Notes: generated by a model from the sequence alone, not told the origin. A DNA stretch of 64,000 bases from Lepidodermella squamata (GCA_047495785.1 JBLDXI010000042.1:2852001-2916000); one strand, 5' to 3'; shown: positions 32,355-45,672, counted from the stretch's first letter. Numbers and translations are program-made.

Positions 32355-35300
32355 ATGAAGCTGATTCATCGAATCTTAATTCTTGGAGCTTTAAGCACTC
32401 TTGTTTGTTGTGAGGATGGGGGCGACGAATCCACTATGTCTTTGACGACGGAACCCACGACGACGCTTGAGACTACGGCGACTACAACCGAGACCTCAAC
32501 AGAGCCAACAACAACACACACACCGTCGACAACGGAAACGTCAACCGAATCTTCAACGGCGTCTTCAACGGCTACCACTGAAGAAACAACCCATTCGCAC
32601 ACCACCGAGACAACGACTGAGTTGACCACGGGGACATCTACTCATGAACTAACTACGACACCTACTGAGTCAACAACTTTGACACATTCAAGCACTGATG
32701 TCAGTACCCATGAGACCACATCGGCGGCTGCGGGAGATCCTTTACAACACTCGTCAACTGCAATGAGTATAGACAGTTCAACGCATGATGCTTTAAGTCC
32801 TATCAGTCCCCATATGACATCGCCTGACCAGCATTCTAGCTCGGAAACCAGTTCGATGCTGTCACCTACAGAAGTTTCGCATTCAAGCTTTTCGACTGAT
32901 AGCTCATCAAGTCATAGCCATTCAGATTTATTGGGCAGCACAACTCTGCCGAGCTCTCATAGTTCGCCCGAATCAACAACGCCGGATCATAAATCCTCAA
33001 TATCGCCAGCATCTGGAGCTCCTGCCTCGCCTTCAACTGATTTTAGCAGTGGAACGCCAAATTTACCAGGATTTTCCTCCATACCATCATCAACTCCTCT
33101 CAGCCCGCCAACCATCGATGCTAGCATCTCCCCGGGAACAACTCTTCATCCTCCTAGCAGCTCGGTCAGCCCCTCAGTTCCGATGGTTTCTAGCTCAGAA
33201 ACTACAATTATTGGGTCACCGCTAACTAGCAGTACGCATTTACTGAGTAGCAGCAGCGGTTCCAGCTTGGAAATGTCCACTTCATCGGTTCATACCATTA
33301 GCACTGTAGGAACGGCTTTTTCTAGCAGTACTGCTAGCAGTTATTATTCGACATCCGCCACGGGAACTCCAACAATACATTCATCTAGTAGCGCGACTTC
33401 CATCTCAACAGCCCCGTCGACGACTAGCCTTACAACCTCGTCAGATCCAAGTAGCAGCTCTACAGCTATTTCAACGTCTACGACTAGTGTGGCAACTTCT
33501 AGTTCAACTTCAACAACACCGAGCACGAGCCTAAGTAGCTCGACAACAGTTTCATCGTCAACATCTAGTGCAACTACGACTACTTCCACGCCCACAACAT
33601 CGACCTCGACCCAGAGTAGCTCTACTACAACTTCAACGACCACGTCCACACCAACAACATCGAGCTCGACTACAACCACGTCCACACCAACAACATCGAC
33701 CTCGACTACAACCACGTCCACACCAACAACATCGAGCTCGACTACGACCACGTCCACACCAACAACATCGAGCTCGACTACAACCACGTCCACACCAACA
33801 ACATCGACCTCGACTACAACCACGTCCACACCAACAACATCGAGCTCGACTACGACCACGTCCACGCCAACAACGTCGACCTCGACTACGACCACGTCCA
33901 CACCAACAACATCGACCTCGACTACGACCACGTCCACACCAACAACATCGACAAATTCGGCTACTTCAAGTTCTTCGACGATGACAAGCACTAGTTCAAC
34001 GAAAACGACGACGAAGACGACAGCGTCAACTTCCGCATCAAGCACATCTAGATCGACAACAACATCATCCCCTACAACTTCGAAAACAACGTCATCACCC
34101 ACTACAACTTCATCGACGGCAACCTCGACAACCTCAACTCCTACCTCCACAACGACGTCAACGAAAACTAGCACATCTCCAACCTCGACCACAACTCGAA
34201 CTTCTTCGACCAGCAAGCCGACAACTACGAAATCTACAACGATAAAAACAACGACAACGAGAACTACAACGGAGCCCACGACAACAACCACCACTACAAC
34301 GACTACCCAGCCTTACTACGGTGGTACGGTCAAGTACCCTTGGATGTACATTCTTGGTGACGATGCTCTAGCGCTTTTCACATCAACTCCAAGGATGACT
34401 ACATTGGATCTTTACGGGGCATGGCTGGCAAATTTCGCAACATCATCGACGAGTACGACAACAACTCCAGCTCCTCCTCCCCCTCCTCCTCCTCCACCCC
34501 CTGCTCAGGTGCAAACCGCTGCTCCAGCACCAAACGAACCGGCAACTTTGGCAGCAACGACTGTGCCGGTTGCTACTACGCCGGTGACACAGACTGTGAA
34601 ATCAACAGCTGTCTCCGCGACTACGACGACAATAAAGGCATCCTCCTTATCCAGTGCTTCGTCCATTTCTCCGTCAACTTCAACGCTATTCACTGGTTCG
34701 ACGCTAAAGCAGGTAACTGGAATTTCATCAGTGTCCGCAAAGATTTTGCCAGACACGTTAAACCCGGCAAATAGTTCAGATATCCCGGTCACCGGATCGA
34801 CCGTAAAGTCAGGAGGTGTGCCTAGAGGACTAGGTGGCTTGTTAGGAGGAGGAGGGTCATCAAAGACAACAGTTAAAGCAGATGATTCCGTTGATCCCAG
34901 TGCGTCAACCCCAAGCAAGACGGCAGTGTCATCAGCCGCTGCGGTCGGTGGGGCGTCTACCCCTTCCAGTTCTGGGGCAAAACCACCAGCGCCACCAGCG
35001 CCACCAGCCCCGCCCGGCTCTGTGACATCGAGTGGTTCAACCGTTAGTGGGGTTACAGTTAAAGGTGGTAGTGCCGTAACGGCTAAAGATGTTAGTGCGC
35101 TAACAGCTAAAGATGGCGTTGCTGTAACAACTAAAGGTGGAAGTGCAGTAGCAGTTACGGGAGGCATTTCTGTCAAATCATTATCAGGCTCCGCTGCTAC
35201 TGTTGTTGCAGGTAGTGGATCTGCGACGACTAAACGCGCCGACGGAGGAGGCGGAGGAGGCCTGCTTTCCGGCCTACTTAAACCACCTAGCGCGCCAGCA

Positions 35301-36227
35301 GCTCCTGCAGGTTCACCTACAACAGGAAGCGATGCTTCAAAACCAGTGGTTCCTAGCCCAGCTGGCGCCTCGAAATCTCCGTTAGCCCCTGGATCGCCTA
35401 CCCAAGCCTCAAGCATTCCAGGAGCTCCTGCAATCCCGGGAGCTCCTGCTGTACCGGGAGCTGCGAAGCCAGGTGGGGGACCAGGAGGCTCTGGGTCGCC
35501 TACCCAGCCAGCAAACGCGGGCATTCCTGGAGCCCCTGCTGCCCCAGGAGCTGCGAAACCTGCTGGAGGGGCGGGAGGTTTGGGGTCGCTTCTGGGAGGT
35601 CTAATTTCCCCTGATGCCTCCGGAGGCGGCGCAGCAGGAGGGGGAAAGCTTCCTCCTAATACCAACTCATCAATGCCAGCTCGACCATTGGTAGGAGTCA
35701 AAACAAGCGGAAATACAACAATCAAAATTCCGTTGGCAATGCCACCCGGAAAGTCAGGCGACCCTCTCCAAAATTTTGGAGCCGCTTTGTTCGGCGGCGG
35801 CGGCAAACCTAGAACAAATGGAACGAAGACTCCCCCGGCTAAGGGAGGCATCGCCGGAGGACCTCTTGCAGATTTGGTCATGGATGCAATATCAGATAGT
35901 GGTGAACTTTTCTTAAGCGATGACACTATGGCTGCCATGATCAATCTTACTGGTAGCGTTGAGAACATGACGGATGCCCTGAACAACATGTTAGCCAATT
36001 CACTTGGCTCTGGCGAGTATAGTATGGCTGATGAGTCTACGGTGAATACGACGAATACAACTACTGTGAGAGTCTCGACGACTGTTAAAATGACAACGAC
36101 GACATATGTTGAGGAAGAAGGTCCGGTCACTCAAACCCGCCGGCCTGCAAGAAATTGCGGCATGTCTTTTGTAAATTCGCTGACAATATTGACCCTTATC
36201 ACTACGACACCGGCTTTACTAGTATGA
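32355..36227 (+). CDS. Mucin-like Ser/Thr/Pro/Gly-rich secreted protein, probably GPI-anchored
   Basis: Signal peptide, long S/T tracts, PG-rich region, C-terminal ARNCG plus hydrophobic tail; 1290-aa single ORF. Confidence 0.85.
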   Translation: MKLIHRILILGALSTLVCCEDGGDESTMSLTTEPTTTLETTATTTETSTEPTTTHTPSTTETSTESSTASSTATTEETTHSHTTETTTELTTGTSTHELTTTPTESTTLTHSSTDVSTHETTSAAAGDPLQHSSTAMSIDSSTHDALSPISPHMTSPDQHSSSETSSMLSPTEVSHSSFSTDSSSSHSHSDLLGSTTLPSSHSSPESTTPDHKSSISPASGAPASPSTDFSSGTPNLPGFSSIPSSTPLSPPTIDASISPGTTLHPPSSSVSPSVPMVSSSETTIIGSPLTSSTHLLSSSSGSSLEMSTSSVHTISTVGTAFSSSTASSYYSTSATGTPTIHSSSSATSISTAPSTTSLTTSSDPSSSSTAISTSTTSVATSSSTSTTPSTSLSSSTTVSSSTSSATTTTSTPTTSTSTQSSSTTTSTTTSTPTTSSSTTTTSTPTTSTSTTTTSTPTTSSSTTTTSTPTTSSSTTTTSTPTTSTSTTTTSTPTTSSSTTTTSTPTTSTSTTTTSTPTTSTSTTTTSTPTTSTNSATSSSSTMTSTSSTKTTTKTTASTSASSTSRSTTTSSPTTSKTTSSPTTTSSTATSTTSTPTSTTTSTKTSTSPTSTTTRTSSTSKPTTTKSTTIKTTTTRTTTEPTTTTTTTTTTQPYYGGTVKYPWMYILGDDALALFTSTPRMTTLDLYGAWLANFATSSTSTTTTPAPPPPPPPPPPAQVQTAAPAPNEPATLAATTVPVATTPVTQTVKSTAVSATTTTIKASSLSSASSISPSTSTLFTGSTLKQVTGISSVSAKILPDTLNPANSSDIPVTGSTVKSGGVPRGLGGLLGGGGSSKTTVKADDSVDPSASTPSKTAVSSAAAVGGASTPSSSGAKPPAPPAPPAPPGSVTSSGSTVSGVTVKGGSAVTAKDVSALTAKDGVAVTTKGGSAVAVTGGISVKSLSGSAATVVAGSGSATTKRADGGGGGGLLSGLLKPPSAPAAPAGSPTTGSDASKPVVPSPAGASKSPLAPGSPTQASSIPGAPAIPGAPAVPGAAKPGGGPGGSGSPTQPANAGIPGAPAAPGAAKPAGGAGGLGSLLGGLISPDASGGGAAGGGKLPPNTNSSMPARPLVGVKTSGNTTIKIPLAMPPGKSGDPLQNFGAALFGGGGKPRTNGTKTPPAKGGIAGGPLADLVMDAISDSGELFLSDDTMAAMINLTGSVENMTDALNNMLANSLGSGEYSMADESTVNTTNTTTVRVSTTVKMTTTTYVEEEGPVTQTRRPARNCGMSFVNSLTILTLITTTPALLV
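33630..33950 (+). repeat. Coding 36-bp tandem repeat (STTTTSTPTTSS/T), about 9 copies
   Basis: tcgactacaaccacgtccacaccaacaacatcga(g/c)c repeated. Confidence 0.9.
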
Positions 36228-36335
36228 ATCTCAATAATAGGCTTACATCACTGATAGCAGCTGGTTTTAAATAAATATATCACAGGTTTCACAATATTAG
36301 ATCACGGGGTATGAGATACCAAGTTCGTAGTAAAC

Positions 36336-39300
36336 TTATTTCGCTTTGATCAACGCAGCTTTACGCAGTCTGCGCTTAGCGAACTCATAATATTTTGGTA
36401 TCGACAGAAAATCCAGCAGAGCCAAGGATCCTAACAGGGATCCAATGAATATTGCTCCGACTGGAATTCCGATGGCGGCTGCGTGTTCGGCCTCAGTGGG
36501 CTGCAGCTGAACCACTTTTACATTTGTGGCGGGCGGCTCGCCAGGCGGAGGCGAGCAAATCGGTTCCGTGCCGGACCAAATACCGTCATCAAGACACGTT
36601 CGATTCAGGGACCCATTTGATAGGACATAACCATTGATGCAAGTGTATGAAACGGTGTCCAGGTAGTTGTATTGAAATAGCGATGGGCTATACGAGGCCA
36701 TTTTTCCACGTGGATAAGGGACTCCGCATGTTTTAGCTATAGGAACAAGAATCACTCTGATGTTGCAAACGGCTGTAACAATATGTCTTACGTTCGCACT
36801 CCAAACTTTGACCAGACCAGGTCGAATCAAGTGAACACGTTCTGGACAGTGACCCGCCGGACCATTTGTATCCCGACACGCAATAGAATGTCAGTACATC
36901 ACCGTAGAGATATTGAGACTTCGCTGTCCCATTTAGAGCAGAACCGTTGTTGGCAACCATAGGTTTGCAAAAGACCCCTACAGAAAAGAAAGGCATTATT
37001 TGATCAAAGTATTGGCAATTTCGCTCAGACTTGTGCAAACAGGAGGCTTTCCCGACCAGGATTTGTTTGCTAAACACTGCCGAATCGAGTCTCCAGACAC
37101 AAAGCTGTACCCTGTTGTGCATGTGTATGACGCCGTATCATTGTAAGTGGTCGTGGAATAGCTGACAACAGCATCAGTGCCGTTTTCAGGTACGCCGCAA
37201 TCCACCTCTGTTGAACGATAAAACGCATAGAATTCCGTGAATGGCAAGTCTAATCTAACTCACTCGAGCACGTGGGTTTTACGCCGTCCCATAATCCACC
37301 CATCTGGCACGTCAGAACAGACTGCCCAGCAGTTCTAGCGAAACCCTCTTGACACGTGTAGACGATAGTGTCATTGATGGTAAAAGTGGTGAACTTCCTT
37401 GTCGCGCCAACAGCCACGCCGGGATCGGGACAAACTCTGACCTGACAGGTCGGGTCAACACCGGACCATTTTTGGGTTGGAAGGCAGCTCCGAGAACTCT
37501 CTCCAACAATCTGATAAGAATCGTTTGCACATGACGCGATAATCACGTCTCCGAGAGTGTATTGGCTTTTCACATTAGAGTAAACCAACGCATCAGAGAT
37601 AGGTGGCGGCTTGCATTTCACAGCTGTTGAAAATTCAATGATACATCTTGGAACATGCTCTTCGATAAACTCACGTTCACAATCGGGTAAAACTTCTGGT
37701 GCCCACATCAGCGAAGTATTGCAGCTCTTGACCAAGCTTATGGCTCCAGTCACCAATTGGTACCCAGAAACACATTGAATAGTTACTCGGTCACCGTAAT
37801 AAAATGAAGTCCCTAGCAGCACGTGCAAATATCCCGTGTCAGGCTCGCCACAATATCCCCCTATTTTTATATGATATAAACGTATTACTTCCTTAAATGT
37901 GAACTTACTTTTGCACGTCAAATCGGGGGTTGACCACTGGCCAGTTGTTTGGCAAGTAATATTCGGGTTGTCAACCGTCTGAGTATTAACAACGTAACCA
38001 GGAAGGCACTTGACGAAGAACGTTGTGTTGTAGTAGGTCGGGGTGAACGTCGTTTTCGTTATTTGCATGTGAGTGGTGTTTCGGAACCACCAGGCCATAT
38101 CAGTGCAGTCAACATATTTGCATTTCGGTACTCCGCTGGAGAGGTTCCACAGGCCATTCGCCTGACATACAGTAGAATCCTGACCGATCAAATACGAGCC
38201 GTTGTTGCAAGAAAACGTCGCCACAGTGCCACCGGTATTTTTCGGGTTCGATAGAGAGATAGATCCATTGACTGGCGGGGACAATGTTGGGCAAATGACG
38301 GTTGAACTATACTCCATAACTAACGAGGCGGATGTAATCGCAGCTGGAAAAAGGATAAAGCTAATTGAATCAATTCAGGGTTCAGGTGTTAATGTTACCG
38401 CCACAGGGCGGGGAGAATAAGGTCCTGTTTGCTTCGCATTCAAACTTTGAACTTGTGATAGACCAAGAACAAGATTCTTGAGGGGTGTAAATCGATCTGT
38501 CAATGACACAGAATGACTGGACAGGAACTGTTGGGCCAGTTGACGTGTTTTTGCAAGTTGAGGTTTGCGTGTCGAGTTGAGTGTCAAACACGGTTGCATT
38601 GGGGAGAGTGTATCCCGAAGCAACCTGCTTCGAATTCGTATCACAGGGAACACCTTAGAAAACATAATTTTAAATTAAATTGATTTTATTAGAAGGTAAT
38701 TACGAAATGTCGGGCAAATGTTTGCGTAGTAGGAGGCGTCTCCTACAGTAAGTATGGCTCGATCCAAATAGCTCATGCAAGCGATAAAAGCATTGTTTGC
38801 CGTAATCGTCGCTTGACCTCCTCGAATGTAAGCCAATTTTTCCAAGATGTTTTGAACAATAATAGCCGGGTACAATCCGTAGCTGGATATTTGATTCCAC
38901 TCAAGATTTAGAGATCCATCAAGAGACAGCAACCTAGCATCATAGTTGAAGGCATCTCTACGTTGCATTGAAAAGGAGAAAAAGTGCCAAGCCGAATAAC
39001 CATGAGGTTTTGGAAAGGTGAAGGTTTTGGTTCCGGCATTGAACTAACATATTTGAAGGGCAATGCGGATAAATAATAAAAAATAATTCATTCAAACCAT
39101 AACTACAGCACTGATCGAGTTGCCTCCGTTGTCAATACTCAGAGAGAATGTATTCTGCGATCCATCGACAGATGCAATGCTCATTATGGTAGTGTCCATC
39201 GTTGGGTAAAGCCAGAAGGAGATCGAGAAGTCATCACTAACGCCATCATCCGGCGATCGAGAATCGCTAATTGTTATCGAAGGATAAGGCGTGACAGCTG

Positions 39301-41723
39301 ACACGTTGATTGCTGAGAAGCTTGGTCGTTGGTTGGGAACGTCAGTGAATACTTGGTAGGTAAAATACCAGGGAATTATTACATCGTTTTGGCCAAACAT
39401 GTCAGTTGTCGAAGAGACAACGTTGAAAGGCCAGGTCGAGAGTAGCTGAGTCGTATCTAAGTTTAAATCAACACATTTAACACTTTATTGTGCAGAAGTG
39501 AAACCTTACAGTATAGCGATAAGTCATTGCAATAAGTGGTTGTTAAGTCATCCAGGTCTGTCTGGCTGGGTCTCAGTAGCATGATCAGGCAGGAAATAGC
39601 GCTGTAGTCCGTTGCGGAACTTTGCAAAGTAGACAACTCGACATCACCGAAGATTCCATATGTCCACTGAAAACCACTGCAGACGACGGAGCCGTTGAGC
39701 GCCACCTCGATTGTTGGAAAAGTCGTCATTTGCCAGGTTATTAGAACCTTCTGGTTTCGGATGTCACTTGGTAATGGACAAGTTAGGTTCCCACCACTAC
39801 CGCTGTAGATCTGAACTGAGCCAACTCCTGATGCCGCATCATATGCAGATATGCGTAATCCAAGGACATAGTTGGGTGCAACGCGGTACGCTATCCTGAA
39901 TACCGAGTTAGTTGTCAAGCTAAAGCTTATCATAAAGCTATCGTAGAAATTCATGCCCAGCGCTTGTTTGATTTGGAAATAACCATCGTATAGCTTAAGT
40001 ACGTTGGATTCGTCGATCGATTTAGTGCTTATGGCCTCTTTGATTTCTCCGACATGACCATAAGATACGTCGCGGTATTGAGTGATGTAGTTGAATGGGA
40101 ACAGGGCCCTAGGATTGCTCTCACCGCCGTAGCATAGGGAATTTTCATCCCATAGCGTGTAGTAACTTTGCTCGGTACAGACGTAGGAGTTGTAGTCGCT
40201 CCAGTAACAGTTCCAAGTCAAAGGAACGGAGGTGCATCGCACTGTTGCTTTCATTCCACTCTCAAGACATGTCATTATCGCCGACTGGCTGTTGAGCAAT
40301 GAGGCATTCGAAAATGTCGCCACGCTAGATGTCAGCTGACAGCCATTTCGATCTAGATGAGAAAAGCAAAAAATTGCGTAGAAATTCCTCTCTCGCACAA
40401 GAGATTCGGCGGCTTACTCAGCTGAGGGCAGACAAGACCTTGGTAGTATGAAGTCGCATTAGGCGCAGGGCCAGAGAGAACCATCAAGCAGTTGGCATTT
40501 GTTCCTTGCTTAATCTGCACGTTAACTTCGGTCAAGCTACCGGACAGTCCACAACCAGTGAAGCAAGTAAAGCCAGTTTGATTGACTAACAAACTATCAT
40601 TGACATAGATGCTTATCGTCTTGTAAATGTTGTTGTAGTCAATCTTTAGAGATGATAGCGTAGTTGTAAAGTCGGCCAATAAGCCGCTGGTTGAAACTAT
40701 TGTGCCTGATGATCCGCATGAGCATTGCATCTCATAACGGTTAACTGCTCCAGGTACTGCCACAAGCGCAGCATACTTCGTAGGACTCGTCGTTGCAGCT
40801 GTTTGAAAATTCAGCACTTCATAGTTCGAAGCAGGAGTTTGCTCCAGTTTCAGATTAACAATCAACGACCAATCGCTGGACAAAAAGTTTGACGCGGATT
40901 GAACGGGTAAGTAGTAATCGGACATGAAAATGTAAGATCCAGCTTGAGTAGCAGTCACACTCGTCGATAGCGTTGGCGGGATACCAATAAATTTACCTGT
41001 TGCGCCCGATAGAATTTCTTTCAAGCCAGTCATCACGTTGAACGGTTGGATAGCTGTGGCTATTTGCCTGATGTCGAAATTGTATCCAATTAGAGGTGCG
41101 TAAATTCCCGTAAAGCCTCCGCAACTGACAGGATACAGCTGATCACTAACGCAGTCGTTCAAACTTTCAGAGAAAACCGTATTCGGAGTTGAACAGGTAT
41201 TGATCACACCATCGTCACTTCCAGCGGTACAGGTCATATAACTCGTGCATGTACCCGGGATTGAGTGGTTTCCTGGGGTTAGATCAATGCAAAAGCCTTG
41301 CTGCATCGGTTGGCAACTCGATGCCTCAGTGGTGCAGAAACTGTCTTTAGGTTCAGCTGCATCGAAAATAAAATAAGCTGGGCAAGTTGTAACTGATTGG
41401 ACGTTGCCTGAGCTACACGTTACGTATTGCTCAGGTGAGCTTGGGTAACAACCGTTCCCGAGGCGGTATTTGCCGTCTTTCAAGTTTTTACAAAAGCAAT
41501 TAGCGGCCTGAACTGTGGTACATTTCTGAAGTGTAGCTGAGTAATGTTGGCCAGCAGGACAAGTCCAGGAAACCCATGACACGCCATTGCATTTGTAGAA
41601 CTCGTAGCAATTCGGCTTCGGGTTATAAATGATGCTATTACCGCACGAACTTGCCGTGGTCAAAGGATACGTCACCTGAAGAAGTAGGACTAGAATAGGA
41701 ATTCTTGTTAGAATTGCAGTCAT
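36336..41723 (-). CDS. Type I membrane protein: chitin-binding type 2 (CBM14)-like repeats, LamG/concanavalin-like domains and ~10 sushi (CCP) domains; multi-exon
   Basis: Signal peptide; C..FYKC..TCPAGQHYS..C repeats; FSISFWLYP and AWHFFSF (LamG-like); many C..P..G..Y.C..GY..G..R.C..W...P.C sushi units; TM IGIPVGAIFIGSLLGSLALL followed by a basic tail. Confidence 0.8.
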
Positions 41724-42440
41724 GGCTCTCGAAAATTACATGCTATGTTTTAAAGAATTGAACACACTTTTGTTTTTTTCAACATTTCATGCATTAAATT
41801 CAGCAGCCTGCTTAAAAATTAATGAAGGCTTAAGTGGCGTGAATTGATTTTTAGCTACGCCATCACTCGTTCGAGTCGTGTATAATAACATAAACATGTC
41901 GATTAGAGTTCGAATTCGCATGGCTGACAATGCCTCGAAACTATTATTTTTCGCCTTCACTTTTTAAGTAGGCAATAAAGCGCCCAAGTCGCATGCCTAC
42001 GCGATCACTGATGAGTTCACGGCAAGGGCATCGTAAACACGCAGAACAAAGAACCGTGTAACTGCGCACACACACCGCATGCGATTCATACATATATGCA
42101 TCATGCTTGCAACACACTCAGAAGTGACAGACCCGGTGAAAAGAGGCAGCCGTAACCTTTATACTGTTGTGGGTAACGAATCGAACAGCAGTGACCATGT
42201 ATACTTAAACGTGAGCAAACGCATCAACATTGTACAAGCTGACGCATAAACAATGCTATAAGGCTAACATGGAGATAAAATGACCGTAACAATTATGTTG
42301 TTTCACTGCTGAGAAAGATAGCCTTTACTCTTCAAATAAAACTGCTTCATCTTCCTGCATTGTTGAAAACTTGATATCAGTCTGAGTTTATATGTAAGCC
42401 TGGGAGTTACTCGCAAAATACCAGAATTAATTACATCCCA

Positions 42441-42960
42441 ATGTGGAAATCAATCACGATTTTAGCGTTAACGCTAACCGTCTCGCATGCTAGCGAAGAG
42501 CTGAAGGTGGACGTTTTGACGCCTCCGCTGAAAGACTGCGAATTAAAGGCTCAAAATGGTGATGTACTCTCGGTCCATTACCTCGGAACGCTCCTCGATG
42601 GAAAAAAGTTCGACGCAAGTTATGATCGCAACGAGCCATATGTTTTCACTCTTGGAGTCGGTCAAGTGATTCAAGGATACGAGCAGGTAATATTCGATAA
42701 TTTTTCATATTAATAGTTTTTTTAAATGATCGATTTATTTAGGGTATTCCTGGGATGTGCGTTGGAGAAAAGCGCAAATTAACAGTTCCTCCTCACATGG
42801 GTATTAAATTTCAGTTTACTTTTGACGTTCTTTCATTCGCATATTTTGAAATTTGTTAGCTTATGGAGACAATGGAATTAAAGACGTTATTCCTCCCAAG
42901 GCGACGTTAATTTTCGAAGTCGAATTGTTGAAAATCGATCGCCCAGCCAAAGAGCTGTGA
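42441..42960 (+). CDS. ER FKBP-type peptidyl-prolyl isomerase (FKBP2/FKBP13-like), copy 1, 3 exons
   Basis: Signal peptide; [53 protein letters not shown]; C-terminal AKEL. Confidence 0.9.
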
Positions 42961-43228
42961 TACCAGTGTATTCAGCGCTGCGTCGGCGAATACTCATCGA
43001 TTCTCGGCGATGCTGTTGACACTGTGATGCTTATGCTTCCCTCTTGTGTCAAAATAAACAGTAGATAGACTTGGATAGTTATGTCTCAAATTACAGCGTG
43101 ATGCTTGAGATTTATAAATATTTGATTACCATTTCAGTCCTTTATTTATGAATAAAGTGGCATGTTTTTAGTGAAAAAAAAATACCTACTTTATTTTCGT
43201 CTTTCAGAGAATCCTGATTTAAACTGAC

Positions 43229-43880
43229 GGGGTCATCCGATAGACCGCAAATTATTATAATATTTTATCAATTTAAATTCTAAGTTTTAAAAAGAGTAGA
43301 TTTGCGCTGTCAATTTTTAAGCAAGTATAGTCGAGTAGTATTCATTTAATTCTGAGTTGAAAATTAATACAAACATCTTTGTTGAAATTTTGCAAAAAAA
43401 AACCAAAAAAATCAGGAAAAAACCATCAGTAAGTTCGCTTCGAGTATTTATAGCGGCTGAACATTCATGAAATAATGTCGATTTCAGCAAATTGGATAGT
43501 GCAAAATGTTATTCAAATTCGAGCTAAATGCTTTTCATTTAACGCCAAATTTAACGCCGAATTTTATTTTACGCCGAAATATTATTTTTCAGATTTTAGC
43601 AACTTGCCTACTTTGATGTGGAAAATATGACAATATAATCAACGTGTTCGTCATAATTTTTCAACTATCTGGAACCATCAACCAGCCTTTCCAAAAAATC
43701 AAAAGGACCTCGAAACCATGCGCAGGGATGAATGGAATATTTGGTTTTGGACATCGCTCCATCCGACCATTATAAATCCAAGTAATTGCTTGAAAATTGA
43801 CAGTGCAAATCTGCTCTTTTTAAAACTTAGAATTTAAATTGATAAATAATATAATAATTTTCGGTCTATCGGATGACCCC
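43229..43880. mobile_element. MITE-like element with ~95-bp TIRs
   Basis: ggggtcatccgatagaccg.aaattattat..gtcaattttt.aagcaa at 43229 is mirrored at ~43786-43880 (ending cggtctatcggatgacccc). Confidence 0.85.
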
Positions 43881-45145
43881 GAGAATATATCGTCAGCTCG
43901 CAGGGTTATTGTGCGACTTTGATTCAAAAAGACCTCTAATTGACGATTTTCGACAAAATGGCCCTTCTTCTGCCGCGGATGGCTTCTTCAGAAATCTCAA
44001 ACAATCAAAGAAAATTAGTTCATATTCGATATGAAATTTTACTGGTAATTATTTTACCCAATTTTCGAAATCAGTTGGAGAGCTCAAAGCCATCATAAGG
44101 TGCTTATAGGCCGAGAGGACCGGGATATCAAATCGCGTTGCTATTGTTTGCTACATAGAACTTTATAACCACCCGATTTCGCGCGCTTTCCATTCAGCAA
44201 ACCAGGTCGTATCGGCGACTAGTACATGCGCGTATTTTGCCGCAATTTATCTGTATCCATCGATATTTCATTTTGGTTGTGATTTTGGCTGTGGTTTTGG
44301 CTGCGATTTCGACGGCATATCGGTCGTGTGTAGGTAATATTCATGCGATGTGGGTCCTACGTCGGAACCGAATTTATCTGTTGTAGAGCCAAATTTCAAA
44401 CGCGGGAGCAGAAACAAATTTTAAATAGCTAATTCGCCCAAAAACGAATTTTCAAAATTTTCGGGAATTTCGTGATTATTTTTTATCGGAAATTCAGAAA
44501 TTCAGAAATTACCACTTAATTCTGCGTGATTTTGTGTACAAGTCCTGTCATCACATTGAGAACACGGCGTAATCGTGATTTAATAGGTATTTAATGGAAT
44601 TTTTCAAAACTAAAAATTGTGAGTAGGATGCGTTTGGTGCCAAGTTTTGCAATTTTTGGTTCCGCTAAAAAATATTCTGATATTCCTCGTGATTTTCACC
44701 CATCATGAATCCCGGATAAATATCTTATTTCAATTGCCATTGGCGAAAGCATTTCGCAAGTTATTCAGGGAGCACTGGTAATTTTTTCTAGGCACTCGGA
44801 AGCGGAGAGACAGCAGTAACTTTCTTGCTGCTGTGAGTTTTGAATCGAACAGTGACCATTTAGCCTTGAACGTAGCCAAGGTCATCGACATGCGAACGCA
44901 TTAGACAACACAAAGGCCAACGTAGATGAAAAGCCGTGACATTTTTGTTGTGGCTTTATTGCAGAGAGAGAGAGAGAGAGATAGAGAAAGCTTTCATTCT
45001 CATACTACACCTGCTTCATCTTTGTATTGCTCAAAATCTACGCTTCCACGTAAGCGCCACGTAATTAAATTTCAGTCAACTTGGCTATATAAGTCGGTCA
45101 AGCAACTACGGAATATTACATACACACTTCATCGTAAAATCGCAA

Positions 45146-45672
45146 ATGTGGAAATCACTCTTGTTTTTAGCGTTTACGCTAGTCGTCTCGTATGCAAGCG
45201 ATGAACTTAAGGTGGAAGTTTTGACTCCTCCGCCGGAAGACTGCGAAGTGAAGGCTCAAAAAGGCGATTCACTAACAGTCCATTATCTTGGAACGCTACT
45301 CGACGGAAAGAAGTTCGACGCAAGCTATGATCGCAACGACCCATTTGTTTTTACCCTTGGAGTCGGGCAAGTCATTCAAGGATACGAGAAGGTATTATCA
45401 CTGATTTTTCCTATTTGAAATTGGTTGAATATGATCGGTTTATCTAGGGCGTTCCAGGAATGTGTGTTGGCGAGAAGCGAAAGCTAACAGTTCCTCCTTA
45501 CCTAGGTATTCAAACTCACTATATTTAAGGCTTACCATCCCTTTGAAATTTGACTCGTGAAATTATTTCAGGTTATGGAGACAGCGGAGTTCCTGGCGTA
45601 ATCCCTCCCAAATCGACATTAATTTTTGAAGTAGAATTGCTGAAAATCAATCGCCCAGCTAAAGAGCTATGA
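45146..45672 (+). CDS. ER FKBP-type PPIase, copy 2, 3 exons
   Basis: Paralogue of 42441-42960 with the same intron positions; ends PAKEL*. Confidence 0.9.

Noticed and set aside
33630-33950. 36-bp periodic repeat resembling a CRISPR array
   Set aside because: Contiguous coding tandem repeat with no unique spacers, no cas genes, and a eukaryotic context.
33344-36130. Long antisense and alternative-frame ORFs (Val-rich 316 aa, 541 aa, PRPHQQ repeats)
   Set aside because: Shadows of the low-complexity mucin codons.
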